This document shows positions 9,563 through 19,861 of a stretch of DNA of 64,000 nucleotides, piece by piece. The stretch is taken from contig CBDFLE010000006.1 in the NCBI GenBank assembly GCA_965248925.1, positions 4,768,001-4,832,000 of the forward strand. The letters are read 5' to 3'. How positions within the stretch are numbered: the stretch's first letter is position 1; every line of letters begins with the position of its first letter. Position numbers and translations under genes: made by a program. This DNA is from Candidatus Multivoradales bacterium (GTDB taxonomy: Bacteria > Acidobacteriota > Thermoanaerobaculia > Multivoradales > J023). Under the pieces are notes generated by a model. It made no database searches. It had not been told where the DNA came from and saw only the letters and a list, made by a program, of their open reading frames with translations.

Positions 9563-10699
9563 CCGACCGTCCTTGAGTTGTCTGGCGAGCGGATTGTGGC
9601 GCTCTATGCCTTGGCCGGAGAAGAGAGCGCGGCACGGCAGCTGGCCGAGCATCTCTGTGTCGAACAGACCATCGAATTTCCCGTCGATCTGCTGCCCGAC
9701 GACGATATTCGCCACCACTTGGTGGCCAAGCTGGAGGATTTTCAGCCCGCCGCCGAAGCCGGTCGCTGGCTAGCGACGGTGAGTTTTGCCGAAGAACTTT
9801 CCGCCTTCGCTGGACCACAGCTGCTCAATCTGCTGTTCGGCAACATCAGCCTGGCGCCTGGGGTCAAACTGCTCGACTTTCAACTTTCGGCTCGGATTGT
9901 GGCCGGCTTCAGCGGGCCGCGTTTTGGCGTTGCCGGCCTGCGCCGCTTGCTCGGTGCGCCGCGGCGGCCCTTGCTGGCCACCGCCCTCAAGCCGCTGGGT
10001 TTGGCGATTGAGGAGCTGGCGGCGATGGCGGCCGACTTTGTCGAGGGTGGGATTGACTTGATCAAGGACGACCATGGCTTGGCCGATCAGCCCTTTGCCA
10101 GCTTTGCCGAGAGGGTGCGGCGAATCAGCACGGCGGTCGACCGCGCCAACCAGCGGCATGGCCGCCGCAGTCTCTATCTGCCATCGCTCAATGTCGCCGC
10201 AGAGCAGCTGTTACCGGCTGCTGAGCTGGTGGCGGCCAGCGGTGCTAGAGGAGCGATGGTGTTGCCCGGTTTACACGGTTTCGACGCCTTGCGAGCCTTA
10301 GCCGCGAACGACGATCTGGGGTTAGTGTTGATGGCCCACCCGGCGTTCCTGGGCGGCTGGGTGAGTTCACCCGCGAGCGGTCTCGATCACTCGCTGGTGT
10401 TCGGCCGCCTGCCCAGGTTGTTCGGTGCCGATATTTCGGTGTTCCCCAACTTTGGCGGCCGTTTCTCCTTCACTAGCGAGCAGTGTGCGGGCATCAGTGC
10501 GGGTCTAGGCTCACCTTGGTCGGGGATTGCCAGCGCATTGCCGGCCCCCGCTGGTGGCATGAGCCTCGAACGGGTTGGCGAGATGATCGACTTTTATGGC
10601 CGCGACGTCGGGCTGTTGATCGGCGGCGACCTGCACCGTGGCCCGAGTCGAGTCGAGCGCGCCGCCCGCCTGCGGGAGCTGGCCGCAGCAGCTGTCTAG
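9515..10699 (+). CDS. RuBisCO-like protein (form IV RLP)
   Basis: 'EQTIEFP', 'LFGNISL', 'GPRFGVAGLR', 'ALKPLG', active-site 'IDLIKDDHGL', 'PAGGM'. Confidence 0.9.
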   Translation: MRLPVRLPVRLPVSLPPTVLELSGERIVALYALAGEESAARQLAEHLCVEQTIEFPVDLLPDDDIRHHLVAKLEDFQPAAEAGRWLATVSFAEELSAFAGPQLLNLLFGNISLAPGVKLLDFQLSARIVAGFSGPRFGVAGLRRLLGAPRRPLLATALKPLGLAIEELAAMAADFVEGGIDLIKDDHGLADQPFASFAERVRRISTAVDRANQRHGRRSLYLPSLNVAAEQLLPAAELVAASGARGAMVLPGLHGFDALRALAANDDLGLVLMAHPAFLGGWVSSPASGLDHSLVFGRLPRLFGADISVFPNFGGRFSFTSEQCAGISAGLGSPWSGIASALPAPAGGMSLERVGEMIDFYGRDVGLLIGGDLHRGPSRVERAARLRELAAAAV

Positions 10700-10839
10700 G
10701 CGCCACCACTCACGTCGACCGGAGAAGGCATTGATGAGGTCTGCGGGGAGAGGGTCGAAGAATGGCTCGGAAACGTCGATCCAACCTTTCGCCAATCCGG
10801 CGAGGGCGCGCATTAGCCGGGGCTGCTTGCCGGCTTTTC

Positions 10840-11400
10840 TCAGGCAGATTCGTAGGCCTCTCGCAGCCAGCCCAAAAGTTCGTCGTCGACCTGGTCGACG
10901 GAACTCAGCCGCACTCGGTGGCTGACCATGGCGTTGAAGCTGCCGGCAGCCTCGAGGCGCTCGCCAGCGGGCTTGCCTTTGAGCTGGATGCCGACGTCGA
11001 CACGGGTGCGGGTCGACGGTTGGATGAGACCGAACTGCTTGCTGCGCCGCAGGCTGACGTAGGTTTTCTTGGGTGAGAATTCGACCTCGGTGCCGAATGC
11101 CGCCACCCCTTTGGTCAAGCGGTCGTAGATCGGCTTGAGGTCGGACTTGGCGCCGGCATATTGGTTGGCGAGCAGGTCGTCTTGGCTGGCGGGTTGCTCA
11201 CCAGCCAGCGTGTAATGGGCAATCAGATTGGCGAAGCCGTGGCTGACGCCGTGCTCCTTTTTCAGCAGCTTGAGAACCTGACCGTGCTTGCCGAGCCCGC
11301 TGGCACGAGTGATCTTTAGCCAGGCATCCATGTCCTTACCGGTCTTCTCTGGCAGGTTGGCGACCATCGAGGCGGCCATCTCTTCGGGGGATTTGGGCAT
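10840..11400 (-). CDS. DUF4287 + DUF5655 domain protein
   Basis: 'NLPEKTGK..W', 'LKKEHGVSHGFAN'; 'PKKTYVSLRRSKQF', 'DDELLGWLREAY'. Confidence 0.75.
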   Translation of the reverse strand: MPKSPEEMAASMVANLPEKTGKDMDAWLKITRASGLGKHGQVLKLLKKEHGVSHGFANLIAHYTLAGEQPASQDDLLANQYAGAKSDLKPIYDRLTKGVAAFGTEVEFSPKKTYVSLRRSKQFGLIQPSTRTRVDVGIQLKGKPAGERLEAAGSFNAMVSHRVRLSSVDQVDDELLGWLREAYESA

Positions 11401-11588
11401 CGTACACGCCGCTCCTTCGTAACGCTGTTCGTAAGGCAGAACGTATTATCGTCTGATTATCGTCTGACGGGCAGCATAGCAAGTGACGGGCTCGGTTCGA
11501 TCGCCGGGAGACTGGCGAAGACAGTCGCGGCCGGTTCAGGGTATGCTGTCGGAATCAAAAAGGTGCGGTTCGGGGCGTTGGGGACACC

Positions 11589-12524
11589 ATGAACTCTGCG
11601 AACAAAAAGATGCGGGCGAGCTACCGGCCGATGCTGGCTAGCTTGCTTTTGGGCTGGCTGGTCGGCTGCGGCATGCCGTTGGCCGAGAATTCCAATGCCG
11701 GCTCCGGCAGCAGGGGAGCGGATATCGATACGGTACCGTCGGGGGATGGAGTGCCGATCGCCTATCGGCTCGTTGGCCGTGGCGAGCCGGCGGTGATTTT
11801 GGTGCACGGCTGGGCCTGCGACCAAAGTTTTTGGTCCGCGCAGGTGGCCCCCCTCGCCATGGATCATGCGGTGGTCACTCTGGATTTGGCGGGCCATGGC
11901 GAGTCTGGTGCCGGCCGGCAGCGTTGGAGCGTGAATTCGATGGGCGAGGATATTCGCGCGGTGGTTGAACACCTCGGCTTGCGGCGAGTGGTCTTGGTGG
12001 GGCATTCGATGGGTGGACCGGCGGTGCTCGAGGCGGCTCGCCTACTGCCGGATCGGACCCTCGGAGTGATCGGCGTCGACACTTTCCGCGACGCAGAGAG
12101 CCACGCCGACAGTGAGCAATGGCAGACTCTGATCGAGTCTTTTCGCCAGGACTTTGAGGTTACCTGTGGCCAATTTGTCGACGCGCTGTTTCGCCAGGAT
12201 GCCGAACCAGCCCTGGTGGCGAGTGTTGAGAAACGGATGTGTGATGTGGATCCGGACGTCGGTCTAGCCTTGTTGCAAGCGCTGAGTCACTACCGCCTCG
12301 ACGCCGCGATGGGCTTTGTGGCGGCACCGATTCGAGCGATCAACTCAGACCTTTTTCCCACCCAAACAGAGATCAACCGCCGCTATGCGCCGGAGTTTGA
12401 AGTTGAGGTAATGCACGGCATCGGTCATTTTCCGATGCTCGAGCGGCCACGGGACTTCGGCGAGCTGCTGCTCCATGCGGTCGAAGACTTGGCGGCCCGC
12501 TGGGTGGACCTTGGCGCCGGGTAA
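11589..12524 (+). CDS. Alpha/beta-fold hydrolase, probable lipoprotein
   Basis: Lipobox-like LVGC; VHGW, DLAGHGES, GHSMGG nucleophile elbow, GHFPMLE. Confidence 0.85.
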   Translation: MNSANKKMRASYRPMLASLLLGWLVGCGMPLAENSNAGSGSRGADIDTVPSGDGVPIAYRLVGRGEPAVILVHGWACDQSFWSAQVAPLAMDHAVVTLDLAGHGESGAGRQRWSVNSMGEDIRAVVEHLGLRRVVLVGHSMGGPAVLEAARLLPDRTLGVIGVDTFRDAESHADSEQWQTLIESFRQDFEVTCGQFVDALFRQDAEPALVASVEKRMCDVDPDVGLALLQALSHYRLDAAMGFVAAPIRAINSDLFPTQTEINRRYAPEFEVEVMHGIGHFPMLERPRDFGELLLHAVEDLAARWVDLGAG

Positions 12525-12594
12525 AATGTTGGTTCTAGTATGATCTGGGGTCAGGGGACCCGAGGCGTAAGGGAATGCCAGCGAGCGAACAACT

Positions 12595-13836
12595 ATGAGC
12601 GAACAAGGGGTGATGAACCGATCTTCGCGAGTCCAAGCGCGGCGAATCAAAGTGGATTGTGAAATCGCAATCCGGCCGCCGGACGCGGTCGAACCGGTGC
12701 GGGTCTTGCGGCTTTACAACATGTCGATGACCGGCATGTTCATCTGTGCTGAGTCATTGCTCAGTCCCGGCACTCTGTTCTCTTTCGAGATCATGCCGCC
12801 AGCGGACGGCAAGCCTATTCATGGCAAGGCACAGGTGGTTTGGACTCGCCAGGCCAGCGGAGGGCCGAAACATCAAGCAGGCATGGGGGCTCACTTTCAT
12901 GCCCTGGACGACGTGAATATGAACCTGCTGCGGCGGCTGGTCGAGTCCAACCAGGCCGACAGCGCGAGCCGGCTGTCACCTGCAGATCAGCTGCGGCGTG
13001 TGGTGGAAGATGCCCTAACGGATACCCCCGAAGGGGGAGTCGCAGCGGTTCCAGAGACAGCATCCCAGCGGCCTGCGCCTCGGGTTCCGGTGGTGCGTCA
13101 GGCACGCCCTCTCTATGGCACTAGCGTGGCTAGAAGCGCCAAGGAACGATCCTTGGGTTGGTGGCCGCTGCTAATCGTCCTGCTCCTTGGGCTGGGTGCG
13201 ACGAGTTTCTGGCTGATGCATCGGAGAGATCCCGCGCCGCCGCCATCGACGGCCAGCAAGCCGGCCGAACCGCTGCCGCCGGTCGCCGAAGCCGCTGCCT
13301 CACCTACTGAGTCGGCGGCGACCGCGGCAGTGACCGTGGTAGAGAACGCGCCACTTGCCGAGCCCCTGGTGGCCGCGCCGGCGGCACCGGCAGCAGCTGT
13401 GGACCAAGCTGTTACAACGCCGCCGGTGGTCGATCCTGTGGTGGCTGATTCGGCGCCGCCGCCAGTGGTGGATCAGCCGCCGTTAGCGCCCCTCAAGGAT
13501 GCCCGCCGCGCCATTGAGGCCTGGGCCGCGGCTTGGTCGGAACAGCGGGTCGATGGCTACTTGGCGGCCTATGCCAGTGGTTTTGTGCCGCCGGGAGGCA
13601 GGAACCGCGCACAATGGCGCAGCTATCGCCGCGATCGACTGAGCGCTCCTTCGTTCATCTCGGTGCGTCTGTCACAGCTCGACATCACTCGCCAGGGGGA
13701 TGAGCGGGCGCGGGGGACGTTCCTGCAAGACTACCGCTCGAGCACCATCTCGGATGTGGTGGAGAAGACTTTGGAGTTGGTCTGGGAAGAGGGTGGCTGG
13801 CGGATTCTCAGTGAGACTTCCAAGCCGGTCTCCTGA
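12595..13836 (+). CDS. PilZ domain + TM + Pro/Ala linker + NTF2-like C-terminal domain protein
   Basis: RxxxR and NMSMTGMF PilZ motifs; one TM; 'WAAAWSEQRVDGYLAAYA...QDYRS...WRILSE'. Confidence 0.7.
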   Translation: MSEQGVMNRSSRVQARRIKVDCEIAIRPPDAVEPVRVLRLYNMSMTGMFICAESLLSPGTLFSFEIMPPADGKPIHGKAQVVWTRQASGGPKHQAGMGAHFHALDDVNMNLLRRLVESNQADSASRLSPADQLRRVVEDALTDTPEGGVAAVPETASQRPAPRVPVVRQARPLYGTSVARSAKERSLGWWPLLIVLLLGLGATSFWLMHRRDPAPPPSTASKPAEPLPPVAEAAASPTESAATAAVTVVENAPLAEPLVAAPAAPAAAVDQAVTTPPVVDPVVADSAPPPVVDQPPLAPLKDARRAIEAWAAAWSEQRVDGYLAAYASGFVPPGGRNRAQWRSYRRDRLSAPSFISVRLSQLDITRQGDERARGTFLQDYRSSTISDVVEKTLELVWEEGGWRILSETSKPVS

Positions 13837-13860
13837 TCGCCTAGTAGGACTCGGCCTGCT

Positions 13861-16800
13861 TCAGGCGGTGGCGGCGGTTGCTTCGGGGTGCAGGTCTTCG
13901 ACCTCCACCGCCACCAGCTTGGAAACCCCGCGCTCTTCCATGGTGACGCCGTAGAGGGTGCCGGCAACCTCCATGCTCAACTTGTTGTGGGTGACGACCA
14001 GGAATTGAGTGTCCTGGGCCATCTCCCGCAGGCAGTCGACGAAGCGCAGGACATTAGCGTCGTCGAGGGGAGCGTCGACCTCGTCGAGAATGCAGAAAGG
14101 CGATGGCTTGGTCTTGAACAAGGCAAAGAGCAGGGCGATGGCGGTCAGAGCCTTCTCGCCGCCCGAGAGCAGCATGATGCTCTGCGGCCGCTTGCCGGGC
14201 GGGCGGGCGACGATCTCGATGCCGGTGTCGAGGGGGTCTTCCGGATCGAGCAGGCCCATCGACGCCTCGCCACCGCGGAAAAGGCGGGTGAACATTTCGC
14301 TGAAAGTGCTGTTGACCGCCTCGAAAGTCTCCAGGAAGCGCTCTGAGGAAACCTCGTTGATCTCGCGGATAGTGTTGCGCAAGCTCTCCATCGAGGAAGC
14401 TATATCGCCGCGCTGGGTAGTCAGGAAGCCGTGCCGCTCGTCTTGCTCGTCGTATTCCTCGGCAGCCAGTACATTGACCGGGCCGAGCCGTTCGAGAATC
14501 CGCTTGCAATCGGCCAATTCCGCTTCGAGCTGGGCCAAGCGCTCCCGGTCTACGGCTTCGGGTAGGTCATCCTCTTCGACCATGACCGCCGCTGCCGCCG
14601 CGGTTTCGCCCTCCTCCAGTTGTTCTGGTTCGCCGTCGTCGGTCGAGGCTTCCACGGCCGGGTCGCCTGCCTCGGTGACTTCGCCAGCGAGGAGGGTTGC
14701 GGGATCTAGTTCAGCCGCGGTGTCGTTGGCTGCCGGGTCGTCGGTCTCATCCCCAGCTGCCAGTCCCAGCTGCTCTTGCGGCCGCGGCAGGGTGCCGGGC
14801 AAGTATCTATCGAACGCCTCGAAGTAGGCCCGAGCTTGGTGTTCTGAATCTTGGCGCAGGCCGGCGCGTTCGATGCGCAGTTCTTCGATGCGACCGCGGT
14901 AATCCTCGCGCGCTCGGCGATGGGTTTCCACCCGATCTTCGAGGGTGCGTACCTGCTGCCGGCGTTGATCGAGGGCGGTCTGGGCGATGAGCACTGCTTC
15001 TTGCGCTCCAGCTCTTTGCTCGAGGGCGATCTGGAGGGTTTCCTCGGCCTTCTCCATATTCAGCTCCAGCTCCCGCAAGCGGGTCGCCAAGGCGTCTTCT
15101 TCTTCGCTCCACAGTTGGATCTGGCGATGGCTTTCGGCCAGTTGGCGGCGCATCCGCGCGCCTTGTCGCTGCTGCGATTGGAGGCGCTCTTCGAGCAATT
15201 CCAGTTTGCCGCGCCGGCCGGCTCCGGCGGTGCGTACCGCTTCGCGTTGCTGACGCGCGGCATCCACCGCGGCCACCGCCTCGGCGATTTCCTCAACAGC
15301 CTGCCGCAGGCCCTTCTCGGCCTCGGCCAAGCGCTCGGCGAGTTCTTGCTTTTGCTTGGTGGCGGTGCCGATCTGGCGATCGATCTCCTGCTGTTCCTCG
15401 GCGATGGTGGCGATCGAAGCGGCGAACTTGTCGCGCCGGCCGAGCGAGTCCTGACGTCGGGCCTGGTCCACCGCAATCTCGCGTTCGAGCCTGGCCAGAC
15501 GCTCATCGAGGCGCCGGATCTCCCCTGCCAGAGCGGTGCGCTGGTCGACTAACTGGCGTAGTTGCAGCGTTTTTTCCTCAAGCCGCAGCTCGTTCTGGGG
15601 AATGCACTCTGCCAGTGTTTCGAGCTCGCTCTCGCGGGCCAGGATTCCTGGGGCCGCCTGCTCGCGTTGCACCCGCAAAGTGCCGGCCAACGCCCAATGC
15701 CGCTGGCGACTGATAAAGGCGACGCCGGGGTGCTGGCTGGCCAGCCGGGCGGCGTCGTCAACCGAGTTCACCAAGAAGGCTGGCGGCAGTGCCCGACCAA
15801 GCTCCTCTGACAGCCCCAAAGCGCTGGCCAGAGGCTGGCTGATCGCCGGGTCGTCGATCTTCGTTTGAGCGTCGTTGGTGCCAGGGGAGGTGCTGCCAAA
15901 AGAGGTGCCGGAAGCGGAGCCAGCCATTTGTGGCAGCAAGAAGATGCCGGATGCGTTGGCGTTGGCCAGCCGGTCGGCGAGCGCCAAGCCGTCGTCGCCG
16001 GGGGTCAGCACGACGGCGTCTGCGAGTTGGCCGAGGAAGTGGTCGATGCCATGCTCCCAGCCTTCTACCGGCCGTACCAGGTCGGCCAAGAAACGGGGCT
16101 GGTCGAGGCCGATGCCGCTCAAGATCTCGATTAGCGAGCGACGGCGCTCAGCGTGCTCGGCGCTGAGTTCGGCGAGGATCTGCTGTCGTTGGCGGTCGCC
16201 GGCCAGCTTCGACTCCAACTGCCGACGCTCGTCGCCCAGCTTCGCTTCCGCGGCCAAGGCGCGGTCGAGATCGGCGCCCATCTGCTGGCGTTGCTGCTGG
16301 CCTTCTTGCTGCTGACCGCGGGCTGCTGTGACCCGGGTTTCGATCTCTGCCAGCCGTTGGCTCGCTTCTGCGAGCTGCTGGCCGATGTTGCCACGTTCTT
16401 CTTCCAGGAAGCGACGGCGGAAAGTACGGCGCTCGATCTCGATTTGCTCGCGCTGCATGGCGGCGCGCAGCTGCTCGACCTCGGCCGCGGTTCTCTGCTG
16501 CCGCTGTCGCTGCTCGACCAACCCGCCCTCGCTCTCGACCAGCGCTTGATCGGCGGCGGCGATCAGCCGATCGTCCTCGGCGACCTGCTCGGCGGCGGCG
16601 TCACGCTCGCTGACCAGCTCTTGAGAACGTTGATCGAGTTCGCCGAGAGAATTCTGGTCGGCTGCGCTCGAGCGGTTTCTCTCGGCGGCGTGCTGTTGGC
16701 CACGGCTGTGGCGCTCGACGATCTCTTGGCGGGTCTGGCGAGCGCCCTTCAAGTACTCCTGGCGACCTTCGATAGTCGCTGCCAGGTCGGCGTGGCGTTG

Positions 16801-17664
16801 ATGGGCCTCGGCGACCGCGCTGGCCAGCCGGTCGAGGTCTTCGCGGCCGGCGCTCAGATCGGCGCTGTCGCGGCTCAATTCGGCACTCAGCCCGGCGTCT
16901 TGGTCGACCTCCTGGTGCAGCCGCTGTTCGAGTTCGGCGAGCGCTAGGCTGAGCAGCGACCAGCGGCCGAAGAGCACCAGCTTGAGCAAGCCTAGGTGGG
17001 TGCCCTCGTGCAGGCGGTAACGTCGAGCGGCGCTGGCTTGGCGCTTGAGTGAGCGCAGCGCCCGTTCGACCTCGGAGATGATGTCATCGAGGCGCAGCAG
17101 GTTGCCGGTGACTTCTTCGAGCTTGACCTCGGCGATCCGTTTGCGCGCCTTGTAGCGGGTGATGCCGGCAGCTTCTTCGAGCAGCTTGCGGCGCTCCTGC
17201 GGTTTGCCGGACAAGATCATGCCGATCTTGCCCTGCTCGATCACCGAATAGGCGCGGATACCCAGGCCAGTGTCCATCAGCAAGTCCTTGACCTGCTTCA
17301 GGCGGACGACCTTGCCATTCAGCCGATACTGCGAGTCGCCACTACGAAAAACCCGTCGGCCGATCGACAACTTGCCGTCTTCGGCATATTCGAAAGACGG
17401 ATCGGTGAGTAGTTCCAGAGTGACCTCGCCCATCCCCAGCGGCTGGCGCTTGTCCGAACCGTTGAAGATCACATCTTCCATCGTCCGGCTGCGCAGCGAT
17501 TTGGCGCTCTGCTCCCCCAGCACCCAGGTAATGGCGTCTGAGAGGTTCGATTTGCCGCAGCCGTTGGGGCCGACGATAGCCGTGATACCACCGGCGAAAG
17601 ACACCTCGACCGGGTCCGGAAAGGACTTGAATCCAGCTATCTGCAGTCGGTGGAGCTTCATCAT
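13861..17664 (-). CDS. smc: Chromosome segregation protein SMC
   Basis: GFKSF, Walker A GPNGCGKSN, long coiled coils, signature LSGGEKALTA, Walker B LDEVDAPLD; start set at MMKLHRL. Confidence 0.95.
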   Translation of the reverse strand: MMKLHRLQIAGFKSFPDPVEVSFAGGITAIVGPNGCGKSNLSDAITWVLGEQSAKSLRSRTMEDVIFNGSDKRQPLGMGEVTLELLTDPSFEYAEDGKLSIGRRVFRSGDSQYRLNGKVVRLKQVKDLLMDTGLGIRAYSVIEQGKIGMILSGKPQERRKLLEEAAGITRYKARKRIAEVKLEEVTGNLLRLDDIISEVERALRSLKRQASAARRYRLHEGTHLGLLKLVLFGRWSLLSLALAELEQRLHQEVDQDAGLSAELSRDSADLSAGREDLDRLASAVAEAHQRHADLAATIEGRQEYLKGARQTRQEIVERHSRGQQHAAERNRSSAADQNSLGELDQRSQELVSERDAAAEQVAEDDRLIAAADQALVESEGGLVEQRQRQQRTAAEVEQLRAAMQREQIEIERRTFRRRFLEEERGNIGQQLAEASQRLAEIETRVTAARGQQQEGQQQRQQMGADLDRALAAEAKLGDERRQLESKLAGDRQRQQILAELSAEHAERRRSLIEILSGIGLDQPRFLADLVRPVEGWEHGIDHFLGQLADAVVLTPGDDGLALADRLANANASGIFLLPQMAGSASGTSFGSTSPGTNDAQTKIDDPAISQPLASALGLSEELGRALPPAFLVNSVDDAARLASQHPGVAFISRQRHWALAGTLRVQREQAAPGILARESELETLAECIPQNELRLEEKTLQLRQLVDQRTALAGEIRRLDERLARLEREIAVDQARRQDSLGRRDKFAASIATIAEEQQEIDRQIGTATKQKQELAERLAEAEKGLRQAVEEIAEAVAAVDAARQQREAVRTAGAGRRGKLELLEERLQSQQRQGARMRRQLAESHRQIQLWSEEEDALATRLRELELNMEKAEETLQIALEQRAGAQEAVLIAQTALDQRRQQVRTLEDRVETHRRAREDYRGRIEELRIERAGLRQDSEHQARAYFEAFDRYLPGTLPRPQEQLGLAAGDETDDPAANDTAAELDPATLLAGEVTEAGDPAVEASTDDGEPEQLEEGETAAAAAVMVEEDDLPEAVDRERLAQLEAELADCKRILERLGPVNVLAAEEYDEQDERHGFLTTQRGDIASSMESLRNTIREINEVSSERFLETFEAVNSTFSEMFTRLFRGGEASMGLLDPEDPLDTGIEIVARPPGKRPQSIMLLSGGEKALTAIALLFALFKTKPSPFCILDEVDAPLDDANVLRFVDCLREMAQDTQFLVVTHNKLSMEVAGTLYGVTMEERGVSKLVAVEVEDLHPEATAATA

Positions 17665-17839
17665 GATCGCCAGGTCCGTAGGTCCGTTGAAGGGAGGCGG
17701 GAAGATAGCAGACCCCCGATCGAACCACAAGGAGTAGGGGTTGAGAATCTCGACGCCGCTATATGTGACTATTCTAGCGCGGCCGGTCCAGGCGGTCCAG
17801 GCTAGATCTGGACTCATTACCAAGCGGCTCCGGGGTCGC

Positions 17840-18436
17840 TTAGCGGGCTTCGCCGCGTTCGGGAAGCAACTCGCGGAGGAAGAAGGCAGCCCACAGTAGC
17901 AGCGGCATGGCGAGGCGGAAGGGGAGGTCGAGCAGATGCTTGGCGAGGCCCCAGAAATTGCGCCCCCAAGCGCCGTAATTGTCCATGCTCCAGCTGTCGA
18001 GTTGGGTGGCGTAGACGAATTTGACCCAGCAGAAGAGCAAGACGACGTGGAAGCACACCGACAGCAGGGTCGCCCAGCCGAGGCCGCCGAGGCGCCGCCG
18101 CCAGCCGACCCCGGGCACCGCCAAGAAAAAGGCGCCCATTAGAATCAGCGGGAAGTGGGTGTCGGTGACCCGCACTGAGTAGAGGGCGCCGCGGGAGGTT
18201 GGGAAGTCGGTGCGGGTGACTACAAAGTAGTGGCGGTCGCGGACCTGCAAGCGGGTTACCGACGGCCGCTCGCTGAGCCGCACTAGATTCTCGGCGGCGC
18301 GGGTCAGGAAGAGATTGTAGACCGGCGTGGCCAGCACCCAGAGCAGAATCACCGGTGTCAGCCAGAGCAAGACGCCGACGATGAAACGGCTAGCCCAGGA
18401 GCGCTGCGTTGGCCGTTCGCGGCGCGCCTTGCTCAT
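17840..18436 (-). CDS. Membrane protein co-transcribed with the exosortase (exosortase H-associated protein-like)
   Basis: About four hydrophobic segments; 13 nt downstream of the exosortase gene. Confidence 0.55.
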   Translation of the reverse strand: MSKARRERPTQRSWASRFIVGVLLWLTPVILLWVLATPVYNLFLTRAAENLVRLSERPSVTRLQVRDRHYFVVTRTDFPTSRGALYSVRVTDTHFPLILMGAFFLAVPGVGWRRRLGGLGWATLLSVCFHVVLLFCWVKFVYATQLDSWSMDNYGAWGRNFWGLAKHLLDLPFRLAMPLLLWAAFFLRELLPERGEAR

Positions 18437-18449
18437 CGCTGCTCGCGGT

Positions 18450-19028
18450 TCATTCCGCCGCCGCCGGACGGGCCGGGGCGGTGGCGAAACGGTTGGCCCA
18501 GAAAATCCACAGCAGCACGCCGCAGAGAATCACGATGGTTTGCCAAATCACCGTATGTGAGCTGTCGAAGAGGGCCGGGAAGTAGGCGCCGGTGAGAAAA
18601 AGGGCCACCACCCGCACCAGGTTGATGGCCTGGATGGCGAGGAAGCCCAACACCAAGCCGATGCCTCGCGCCTTCCATGGGCTGGGGAAGGCGAGCACCG
18701 CGGCGAGGAAGATGATCATGGTCTCGATCCCATTGCAGCCGTTCTTGATGTTGACGGCGAATTTCGGACTGCGGATGATCGTGCCGCGCATCTCGATGTC
18801 TTGGCCGATGACCTTGAGCGCCACGCCGCTGGCTTTGGCGACGCCGCCGGTGAAGGGCTCGACGGCGTGATCGTTGACCCAATTTAGCGACAGCAGGGTG
18901 AAGCCGCCGCCAAGGATCAGCACAAAGAGCAGCAAGAACTGGATTTCGAGCTTGTAGGCCCGCCAGCCGCCGGCTGCTTGTTGGTTAGGGCGTTCGGTCG
19001 CGGGGGTGTTGGTTTTCTTCTTCGCCAT
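18450..19028 (-). CDS. xrtH: Exosortase, most like exosortase H (IPTLxxWG-CTERM type)
   Basis: Catalytic triad context 'GCNGIE' (Cys), 'NLVRVVALF' (Arg), 'HTVIWQ' (His); short multi-TM protein. Confidence 0.8.
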   Translation of the reverse strand: MAKKKTNTPATERPNQQAAGGWRAYKLEIQFLLLFVLILGGGFTLLSLNWVNDHAVEPFTGGVAKASGVALKVIGQDIEMRGTIIRSPKFAVNIKNGCNGIETMIIFLAAVLAFPSPWKARGIGLVLGFLAIQAINLVRVVALFLTGAYFPALFDSSHTVIWQTIVILCGVLLWIFWANRFATAPARPAAAE

Positions 19029-19285
19029 GGTGCGGGGGGATTGTACCCGCAGTGGCGCCCGGCGGGAAGCGCGGCGCCGGTCCTGCCGCCGCGCACTCAC
19101 TCGTTGACAACCTCGGTCGGCAGCCTTAGCATCGTTCGGGTCCCACGGACCCCTAGACAACTATTCGCCGAGACGGTATCTGCTGCGTCGGTATCTGTCG
19201 AGACGGTGTTTGCCCAGAGTTGTGCCACGTTCGCTGGCACGATGGGGAAGGGTGCGGCGGGGTCGCCGCTGGAGAGCTTGCCAGG

Positions 19286-19861
19286 ATGGACGCTAGAACT
19301 GAATTCGAGTCTTGCCGGGTGCTGATGGACCGGGCCGAGATCGGTCGGGTGGTGCGGCGCATGGCGGTGCAGTTGGTTGAGCTGGAGCCGCGGCTTGAGC
19401 GGATGTTGCTGGTCGGTATCCGCACCCGTGGTTTGCCGCTGGCCGAGCGGTTGGCGGATGAGATCGAGGCTATCGAGGGTCTGCGACCACCGATCGGTGC
19501 GCTCGATATCACCCTCTATCGTGACGATTTGTCGACTATCGGACCGCAGCCGGTGGTGGGCGAGACCAGCTTTCCTGTGCCCCTGGACGATCGGGTGGTG
19601 GTGCTGGCCGACGATGTGCTCTACACCGGTCGGACGGTGCGGGCGGCTCTTGACGAGCTATCCGACTGGGGGCGGCCGAGTGTTGTCCGCCTGGCGGTGT
19701 TGGTCGACCGCGGTCGCCGCGAGCTGCCGATTCAAGCCGATGTGGTGGGTCGGCTGATGCAGACCAGTGCCGAGGAGTTGGTCGAAGTGGCGCTCGAGGC
19801 GACGGATGGCTGCGACGAAGTGCGGCTGCTGCGGCCGCTGGCAGGAGGAGCGCGGCAATGA
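19286..19861 (+). CDS. pyrR: Pyrimidine regulatory protein / uracil PRTase
   Basis: [34 protein letters not shown]. Confidence 0.95.
   Translation: MDARTEFESCRVLMDRAEIGRVVRRMAVQLVELEPRLERMLLVGIRTRGLPLAERLADEIEAIEGLRPPIGALDITLYRDDLSTIGPQPVVGETSFPVPLDDRVVVLADDVLYTGRTVRAALDELSDWGRPSVVRLAVLVDRGRRELPIQADVVGRLMQTSAEELVEVALEATDGCDEVRLLRPLAGGARQ

Noticed and set aside
9515-10699. Carbon-fixing RuBisCO
   Set aside because: KDDH motif, short length, and no small subunit or phosphoribulokinase nearby indicate a form IV RLP
19030-19285. PyrR-binding attenuator upstream of pyrR
   Set aside because: Short imperfect repeats (GAGACGGT, GGTATCTG) are present, but I could not find the PyrR-binding consensus or a U-tailed terminator
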